DNA from: an uncultured Collinsella sp.
Lineage (GTDB): Bacteria; Actinomycetota; Coriobacteriia; Coriobacteriales; Coriobacteriaceae
Assembly (NCBI GenBank): GCA_902470835.1
Contig: CABRHR010000001.1
Location: 1 to 56,179 of the forward strand
DNA length: 56,179 bases
Reading direction: 5' to 3'
Shown here piece after piece: positions 49,447-56,179 of this stretch. The number at the start of each line of letters is the position of its first letter. The first letter of the stretch is position 1. The notes beneath the pieces are model-generated. The model did no database searches, was not told the origin of the DNA, and was given only the letters and a program-made list of their open reading frames with translations. The translations under genes were made by a program, and so were the position numbers.

Positions 49447-50919
49447 TTACTTGGCCTGCTTATCGAGCGTGGGCTTCATGGCAATCAGGATTGCAGCGGC
49501 GACCACGGCGCCAATCACGATGTCCAGGCAGAACAGCGCGACGTTGTTGGTGGCAAGGGCGACGATAAAGCCACCGTGCGGGACGTAGCAGTCGATGCCC
49601 TGGAAGGCGGCAAGTGCCGCACCCACGGCAGAGCCGATGCAAATGCCGGGCAGGGTGTGACCGAGGTCCTTGACCGCGAAGGGGATAGCGCCCTCGGTAA
49701 TACCGATGCAGCCCATGAACAGCGCGGAGATGCCCATCTGGCGGTCAGCGTCATCGAACTTGTTCTTGGCGATGAGCGCAGCGAGGCCACAGGCGATCGG
49801 GGGAACGGCGACGGCGACGCGGAACATACCGTTAGGACCGTAGATACCGGAGGCCATGATGGCCATGGTGAAGGTCGAGGCGGTCTTGTTGATGGGGCCA
49901 CCCATATCGAAGGCGGTCATAACGCCAATGACCAGACCCAGGACAACTGCGGAACCGCCCTGCAGGCTGCCGAGCACGCCGGTGAGCCAGTCCATCACAA
50001 AGCCAAGCGGCGTGGCCAGGATGTAGATATAGGCCATGCCCAGGACAAGCGAGGTCAGAATCGGGATGATCAGGATGGGCATGATGGTCTGGATGGTGTT
50101 GTTGACCTTCCAGGTCTTCATCCAGCGGACAAAGTAGCCGCAGATGACCGCCATGATCATGGCGCCCAAGAAGCCGGTCGAAACGCTGTTGCCGTTAGGG
50201 GTAACGACTGCGTTGTTGACCAGGTAGCCCAGGACAAAACCGGGGGCGAGCGCGGGCTTGCCGGCCATCGAGTAGGAGATGTATGCCGCAAGCACCGGGA
50301 TCATCATGGAGATGCCGGCCATGCCGATGGTGTTAAGGCTCACCATCAGCGGGTTCGTAACCTCCATGCCGTTGGCGCCGGCGGTACCGGATGCCAGCGA
50401 GAAGGCAAGAAACACGCCGCCGATAACGACGATGGGGATAAAATAGGAAACGCCGGTATTGAATGCATTGAGCAGCGTCTTGCCAGGATCGGCAAAGATA
50501 GACTGCTTGGACGCCGGTGTCGGGGCCTGCGGGGCAGCGGAGACGGCCTTCTTCTCTGCCTTGGCCTCGGCCTTGGGCGCGTCAACGGCGCCACCCGTCG
50601 CCTTGATGATCTCAATGGCCTGGTCGATGATCTTTACCGGATCGGCGATTACATCCGAGGTGCCGACCTTCAGGAACTTGCCCTCGGCCATCTTCTGCTC
50701 AAAACGGTCCTCGTTCTCGACACCCACGTCGACGGACTCCAGGACCAGGTCGGCGGAGTCCACGTCTTCCTGCGTGAGCTCATTCTCGATACCCAGGCCA
50801 CCCTGAGCCTCGACCTTGCACTCGATGCCACGGGCGGCGCATTCATCCTGAATCGCCTTCTGGGCCATATACGTGTGGGCGATACCCACAGTACAGGCGG
50901 CAACGCCTACGATCTTCAT
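49447..50919 (-). CDS. PTS fructose-family EIIBC component
   Basis: ACTVGIAHTYMA, KVEAQG, TGVSYFIP, AFDMGGPINK, GITEGAIPF, PHGG; ATG 50919. Confidence 0.94.
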   Translation of the reverse strand: MKIVGVAACTVGIAHTYMAQKAIQDECAARGIECKVEAQGGLGIENELTQEDVDSADLVLESVDVGVENEDRFEQKMAEGKFLKVGTSDVIADPVKIIDQAIEIIKATGGAVDAPKAEAKAEKKAVSAAPQAPTPASKQSIFADPGKTLLNAFNTGVSYFIPIVVIGGVFLAFSLASGTAGANGMEVTNPLMVSLNTIGMAGISMMIPVLAAYISYSMAGKPALAPGFVLGYLVNNAVVTPNGNSVSTGFLGAMIMAVICGYFVRWMKTWKVNNTIQTIMPILIIPILTSLVLGMAYIYILATPLGFVMDWLTGVLGSLQGGSAVVLGLVIGVMTAFDMGGPINKTASTFTMAIMASGIYGPNGMFRVAVAVPPIACGLAALIAKNKFDDADRQMGISALFMGCIGITEGAIPFAVKDLGHTLPGICIGSAVGAALAAFQGIDCYVPHGGFIVALATNNVALFCLDIVIGAVVAAAILIAMKPTLDKQAK

Positions 50920-51081
50920 TGCTTCCCTCTTTTCATAGAGTTGCGTGCGCAAGACACCGTTTGCGGAGGCCTCCGGAGCATCCCCTGCCGTTTGGACTTG
51001 CTGTCTTTTCGACAAGAACAATATAGGTGCTCGTTTTTCTTAATGCCAGCTTATTTCGGTAAACGCGCAGGTCAGAGCGTT

Positions 51082-51109
51082 GGTTATGCGATTTAGTTAT
51101 GCGTTTAAC
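51082..51109. promoter_or_regulatory. Candidate LacI-type operator(s) upstream of the PTS operon
   Basis: Pseudo-palindrome GTTATGCGTTTAAC (51096-51109) with adjacent similar GTTATGCGATTTA (51083). Confidence 0.5.
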
Positions 51110-51334
51110 CAAAAATGAATCCTGCGATTTTGCCCTCGATTTCAAAAGTCAAGAAGTATTTGATTTTCTCGGTAGACGGCAGATGCGCATGCCGGTCACA
51201 AATTTCGACCCCACCCGTATGCCGCATTTGTTGCATACTCATATGAAAGGAAAAAGCCGCTCACCGAAGCGTATCCTTCACCAAGACTCAAAGTCATCAT
51301 GTTGGAAAATGCTCATCTGTCGGAAGGAGTCGCT

Positions 51335-52345
51335 GTGGCAAAACAGCGCGTTACGATCGCAGACGTCGCTCGAGAGGCGGGAACCTCGACGGCAAGCGTC
51401 TCGTATTACCTCAACGACAAACGAGAAAAGCTTAGCGAGAAGACGCAGAACAAAATCGCGCGCGTCATTAAGGAACTCGGATACGTTCCCAACGCCCAAG
51501 CGCAGACGCTCACCGGCAAGCAAACCCACGTCATTGCCATCATCATTTTGGATAACACCAACAAATGGGCGGGGCTCGTTCTCAATGGCATGGAGCAGGT
51601 CATGCTCCCCGCGGGCTACCAGACGGTCGTTTGCACGAGCAACTTTAACCCCGAGACCGAGCTCATGTACGTCGACAAGATGCTCTCGCTGGGCGTCGAT
51701 GGCTTTATCATCCAGCCCACGGCAAACTTCAAAGCCGTGCATGACCGCATTAGACGCGCCGGCAAGCCGGTCGTCTTTTTCGATGCGGCCATCTATAGCC
51801 CAGGTACCAGCTGGATCAAAACCAACCTTTACGACGGCGTGTACAACGCCACACAGGCACTCCTCGACGCCGGCTACGAAGATTTCTTTTCCATTGCCGC
51901 CAACATGACCGAAATGCGCACCCGCATGGAGCGTTTTCAGGGGTATGCCGAGGCGCTGGCAGCGAACGGGCAGCTCTACAAAGCGATTCCCATCGATCAC
52001 AACAAGCCGTCAATCAACGAGCTCACCGAATACTTTAAATTCAAGTTCAATCCCGCCAAGCGAACCCTTATCTTCGTGCAAAATCAGTGGGCACTTCCCC
52101 GTGTCTACAAGGCCCTCCAGCCAATGGCCCATCTGCTTCCGCAGCAAATCGGCCTTTTGGGACTCAACTGCGAAGACTGGACTAATCTCACCACACCGAC
52201 CGTCTCCACCATCATCGAGCCCGTCGACCAAGAAGGTCGCGAAGCAGCCGAGATGCTGCTCGCCCTACTTGACGGAAGCAGCGAACCCGGCGAGCAGCGC
52301 ATTCTCGAGTGCAAGCTCAACTGGCTCGACTCCACCTCGATCTAG
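51335..52345 (+). CDS. LacI family transcriptional regulator, divergent from PTS operon
   Basis: VTIADVAREAGTSTASVSYYLN..LGYVPN; GTG start after AAGGAG. Confidence 0.93.
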   Translation: MAKQRVTIADVAREAGTSTASVSYYLNDKREKLSEKTQNKIARVIKELGYVPNAQAQTLTGKQTHVIAIIILDNTNKWAGLVLNGMEQVMLPAGYQTVVCTSNFNPETELMYVDKMLSLGVDGFIIQPTANFKAVHDRIRRAGKPVVFFDAAIYSPGTSWIKTNLYDGVYNATQALLDAGYEDFFSIAANMTEMRTRMERFQGYAEALAANGQLYKAIPIDHNKPSINELTEYFKFKFNPAKRTLIFVQNQWALPRVYKALQPMAHLLPQQIGLLGLNCEDWTNLTTPTVSTIIEPVDQEGREAAEMLLALLDGSSEPGEQRILECKLNWLDSTSI

Positions 52346-52464
52346 ACCGCGGGACAAATGAATCAGTAGCGTTTGTCTCAAATCTTAAGTATTTGTTCGA
52401 CAGAACGGCCCTTGCCGGCTCCTGCTAGACTGGTAGATTCCCAACCGTCCATCCAGGAGCCTCA

Positions 52465-53448
52465 ATGTCGCGCAAGCCCGCCTACAAGCAAATACTTTCC
52501 ATCGGCACCACCGTGGTGCTAGGGTTTGCGCTGTTTACGGGATCGCTTGACGGGGCGCCCAAGCTGCTGTCGCCGCAAAGCGATGAGCAAGCGGCGGCTC
52601 TGGCCGAAAAACAAAACGAGAGCCCCAGCCGCACCGACGACGAGGCAGACCTGGTTGCCCGGCTCGAATCGGGAACGGCGAGCTCCCCGGACCCTCAAAA
52701 CGGCCAGGACTCTGGCGATGGCTCCGATTCCGCCGCAACCGACACCGATGACGACGTTTCCGCGGACAGTGCCGCCACCCCCATCGACGAGGTCGAAAAC
52801 CCCGACCTCAACCGCGCCCGCGGTGTTTATCTCAGCAGCATTCCCGACTACGCCGGCAACCCCTACGTTGCCCTTCGCGCCGACAGCACGCACCCGCTCG
52901 GCACGCCGTCATTCACACTCGATGAATACGATCGCGCCACCGAAGAGGGCTGCTTTAAGAAATTCTCCAAGCTCGACAGCCTGGGTCGCACTCGCAAGGC
53001 GCTCGCCTGTGTAGGCCCCGAGTCGCTCGGACAGGGAAAGCGCGGCGATATCTCGCGCATCCATCCTGCCGGTTGGCACCAGCAGCGCTACGACTTTATT
53101 CCGGGCCAGAGCCTCTACAACCGCTGCCACCTTATCGCCTGGTCGCTCTGCGGCGAAAACGCCAACCGCAAGAATCTCCTCACCGGCACGCGCTATCTCA
53201 ACGAGACGGGCATGCTGCCGTTTGAAGAGCAGATTCTCAACTATATTCGCGATACGGGCAACCATGTGCTCTACCGCGTCACGCCTATGTATAACGAAGA
53301 GGAACTTGTCTGCCGTGGCATGCGCCTTGAGGCGCAATCGGTCGAGGACCACGGCAAGACCCTCTGCTTCCACGTATATTGCTACAACCTGCAGCCGCAC
53401 GTGCAGATCGACTACACCACCGGCCGCAATCAGGCCTCGGGAGACTAG
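52465..53448 (+). CDS. Secreted/membrane-anchored DNA/RNA non-specific endonuclease
   Basis: N-terminal hydrophobic anchor, acidic linker, LDSLGR, PAGWHQ, YNRCHLIA, NLLTGTRYLN, LYRVTP. Confidence 0.9.
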   Translation: MSRKPAYKQILSIGTTVVLGFALFTGSLDGAPKLLSPQSDEQAAALAEKQNESPSRTDDEADLVARLESGTASSPDPQNGQDSGDGSDSAATDTDDDVSADSAATPIDEVENPDLNRARGVYLSSIPDYAGNPYVALRADSTHPLGTPSFTLDEYDRATEEGCFKKFSKLDSLGRTRKALACVGPESLGQGKRGDISRIHPAGWHQQRYDFIPGQSLYNRCHLIAWSLCGENANRKNLLTGTRYLNETGMLPFEEQILNYIRDTGNHVLYRVTPMYNEEELVCRGMRLEAQSVEDHGKTLCFHVYCYNLQPHVQIDYTTGRNQASGD

Positions 53449-53506
53449 GACCGACCAAGCTGCCCCAAAGCCTAAATGATCCGTTTTCCTCCGTCCCCAA
53501 GGAATC

Positions 53507-53542
53507 AAAAAGAGCCGCCCCGGTTACCCAGGGCGGCCCTTT
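53507..53542. terminator. Terminator between convergent nuclease and EF-G paralog genes
   Basis: aaaagagccgccc / gggcggcccttt. Confidence 0.65.
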
Positions 53543-53575
53543 CGTCAGCACCTACATTGCAGACAAAATCACGCG

Positions 53576-55651
53576 CTACTTGGCGCGGCCCTCCTCATAG
53601 CGCTCGACCAGCTTGGCCTGAACGTCATAAGGCACCTGCTCATAGCCTGCGGGCTTCATGGTAAAGTCACCCGTGCCGCGCGTGATAGAGCGCAGGCGCG
53701 TCGAATAATCCGTCAGCTCTGCCAGCGGCGCCTGGGCAATAACCACGGTATCGCCGCGCTCATCGGTCTCCATGCCCGTCACGCGACCGCGCGATGCCGA
53801 GATGTCGCCCATCACAGCGCCGGCGTAGCTCTCGGGGATGGTCACCGTAATTTCCTCAATGGGCTCCAGCACCACCGGGTCGGCATCGGCACATGCCTTG
53901 CGCAGGCCGATGCGAGCTGCCGCGCGGAACGCCATCTCGTTGGAGTCGACGCTGTGATACGAGCCGTCGTACACAGCCACGCGAATGCCCGTGAGCGGGT
54001 AGCCGGCAATGATGCCGTCCTTCATGGTCTCCTGGACACCCTTGTCCACGGCGGGGATCAGCGAGCGCGGAATACGGCCGCCCACGACCTCGTCCACAAA
54101 CTCATAGCCATCGCTCGTGCCGTCGGGCCCAATGAGCGGCTCCACGCGCAGCCAGCAGTCGCCGTACTGACCGGCGCCGCCGGTCTGCTTCTTATGGCGG
54201 CCCTGGGCACTTGCCGTACGGCGAATGGTCTCGCGATACGGAATGCGGATCGGCACGCTCTTGGCCACGACTTTGGTGCGATCCTCCAAACGGTTGAGCA
54301 GCACCGAAACCTGCGCCTCACCAACGGCGGAGATAATGGTCTGGCCGGTCTCCTCGTCGCGGTCGATGCTCATGGTCGGATCGGCCTTGCAGGCCTTCTC
54401 GATAAACGTGTAGAGCTTCTCTTCGTCGCCGCGATTCTCGGCCTCGATGGCAATGCGGTACTGCGAGTTGGGGAACTTAAACGCCGCAGCCTCGACCTTG
54501 CCGGTAATCGAGAGCGTATCGCCCGTCTCGGCCGCCAGCTTGGGTGCCACGATAATGTCGCCGGCATAGGCGTGACCGACCTCGGTCATGTCGCGGCCGC
54601 ACATCACATACAGGTGAGCCAGACGGTCGCCCTTGCGGGTACGCGCGTTGATCAGCTCAAGACCCGGCTCAAGCGTACCCGTCAGCACCTTGATAAAGCT
54701 GATGCGACCCTGCTGCGGATCGGCCAGGGTCTTAAACACAAACGCCACCGGACGGTCATCGTCGCTCGAGATTTTGAGCGAATCACCGTCGATGAGCGGC
54801 ATCTCGCCGTAGTCGGTCGGCGCCGGGAAGTACGTCGCGATGTCGTCCATCAGCGAGTTGACGCCCTGCTCCTTAATGCAATCGCCCGCAAAGACCGGCA
54901 CAAAGATGCGCTCGGCGATCGCCTTCGACAGCAGGCCCTCAAGCTCCTCCTGCGTCAGCGTCTCCTCGCCTTCCAGGTACTTCATCATCAGCTCATCGTC
55001 GGCCTCGGCCACCAACTCGCACAGATGGTCATGGGCCTCCTCGGCCTGGGCACGATACTCCTCGGGAATCTCCGACTCAACGGCTTCGGTGCCGTTGCAA
55101 TGGCGCGCCTTCATGCGCACCAGGTCGATGATGCCGTCAAAGTCCTCGCCCTCGCCCCAGGGAAGGGTCACGGCGCCCAGGCGCGTGCCAAAGCGCTCCT
55201 GCAGCAGGTCCATCGTGGTCGCAAAGCTGGCCTCGGAGCGCGACAGGCGGTTTACGAACACCGCACGCGCCAGACGCAGGTCCTCGGCGGCATACCAGAG
55301 CTTAACCGTCGTAGGCTGTGGGCCGGCCTCGGCGTCGACCACAAACAGAGCCGTCTCGCAGACGCTCATCGCGGCAAAGGCGTCGCCGATAAAATCGGGG
55401 TAGCACGGGGCATCGAGCACATTGATGCGCGCGCCCTTCCAGTCGATCGGCGCGATGGTCGTCGAGATGGAAAATGCACGCTTGACCTCTTCGGGGTCAT
55501 AGTCGAGCGTGGGCTTGGTGCCGTCGTGGCCGCCCAGGCGGGCGGTCTTGCCGGAAAGGTGGAGCATGGCCTCGGCGAGTGAAGTCTTGCCCACCCCGCC
55601 TTGGCCTACGAGCACCACGTTCCTTACATTGCCGGTCTTGGGAGCACCCAT
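53576..55651 (-). CDS. Elongation factor G paralog (EF-G2-like)
   Basis: GQGGVGKT, PYRETI, HKKQTGGAGQYG, GYP, DGSYHSVDSNEMAF, LEPI; ATG 55651 after AAGGAGG; not in a str operon. Confidence 0.92.
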   Translation of the reverse strand: MGAPKTGNVRNVVLVGQGGVGKTSLAEAMLHLSGKTARLGGHDGTKPTLDYDPEEVKRAFSISTTIAPIDWKGARINVLDAPCYPDFIGDAFAAMSVCETALFVVDAEAGPQPTTVKLWYAAEDLRLARAVFVNRLSRSEASFATTMDLLQERFGTRLGAVTLPWGEGEDFDGIIDLVRMKARHCNGTEAVESEIPEEYRAQAEEAHDHLCELVAEADDELMMKYLEGEETLTQEELEGLLSKAIAERIFVPVFAGDCIKEQGVNSLMDDIATYFPAPTDYGEMPLIDGDSLKISSDDDRPVAFVFKTLADPQQGRISFIKVLTGTLEPGLELINARTRKGDRLAHLYVMCGRDMTEVGHAYAGDIIVAPKLAAETGDTLSITGKVEAAAFKFPNSQYRIAIEAENRGDEEKLYTFIEKACKADPTMSIDRDEETGQTIISAVGEAQVSVLLNRLEDRTKVVAKSVPIRIPYRETIRRTASAQGRHKKQTGGAGQYGDCWLRVEPLIGPDGTSDGYEFVDEVVGGRIPRSLIPAVDKGVQETMKDGIIAGYPLTGIRVAVYDGSYHSVDSNEMAFRAAARIGLRKACADADPVVLEPIEEITVTIPESYAGAVMGDISASRGRVTGMETDERGDTVVIAQAPLAELTDYSTRLRSITRGTGDFTMKPAGYEQVPYDVQAKLVERYEEGRAK

Positions 55652-55961
55652 GATGACCTCCTTGCAGGGCCGCGCGCAATGCGCGACGCCAACGGGGAGA
55701 GTTCGCGGTCGGTGCCATCCCGGGAGCAGCATGGTCGGCAGCCGAGCCGACTCACCCTCCAAATGTCCTATGCCACCACCCTACCCTCACGGGCGACCGT
55801 CCATGCATACCTTTCGGCGCACGTATGAATACAGGCGGCGAGAGGAAGAGACAAGCTTGTGAGGCGATTATTGAACCCCGTCGATGCAAACAAAAAGCCG
55901 CCACAGACCGTAAGACCTGCGGCGGCTTCGCCTTAATTAATAGTTGAGTAAATACCTGAGC

Positions 55962-56179
55962 CTATCCCTCGATACGGCTCAAGAACTCACGGGTGCGCTG
56001 CTCACGCGGATGGTCGATGACCTGCTCGGCAGGACCCTCCTCGACAATGCGGCCGCCATCCATAAAGACCACGCGGTCGGCAACATCGCGCGCAAACTGC
56101 ATTGCGTGGGTCACAATCACCATCGTCATATTCTGCGCGGCAAGGTCTTTAATGACACGCAGCACCTCGGCCGTCAGCT
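55962..56179 (-). CDS. Polar amino acid ABC transporter ATP-binding protein, 3' part
   Basis: MTMVIVTH.MQFARDVADRVVFMDGG..RTREFL; truncated by window edge. Confidence 0.85.
   Translation of the reverse strand, partial: LTAEVLRVIKDLAAQNMTMVIVTHAMQFARDVADRVVFMDGGRIVEEGPAEQVIDHPREQRTREFLSRIEG

Noticed and set aside
47962..51096. 1044-aa + strand ORF
   Set aside because: Antisense shadow of the GatZ-like and EIIBC genes; stop-poor because of codon bias

Overview
GC-rich Actinomycetota chromosome segment. Gene content and style suggest Coriobacteriia, probably Collinsella (inference). From left to right it holds: two tandem coiled-coil LANTG-anchored surface protein paralogs, the SRP RNA gene ffs, and a ~12 kb giant sortase-anchored adhesin split by one frameshift at ~9884. 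Next come a TadA-glycerate kinase fusion, tRNA-Ser(TGA), TetR, lemA, ilvE, DedA, cysE, a MarR-controlled heterodimeric ABC exporter, a nitroreductase, a degenerate Fis-HTH activator, YeiH/GntR and glmS. The right half has a two-MFS/amidohydrolase/PRD-regulator cluster, LacI, a HAD phosphatase, a lone larE, and a LacI-controlled fructose-family PTS operon with GatZ-like epimerase, transaldolase and split transketolase but no kinase. It ends with a secreted non-specific nuclease, an EF-G paralog with degenerate GTPase motifs and a partial amino-acid ABC ATPase. No transposase, integrase or CRISPR array was seen. The most striking unexplained signal is a family of intergenic hairpins with a GGGAC core. 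Two of them bracket a ~280 bp composite palindrome carrying four 15-bp motifs in alternating orientation at exact 40-bp spacing. All calls are by eye from motifs; no searches were run.
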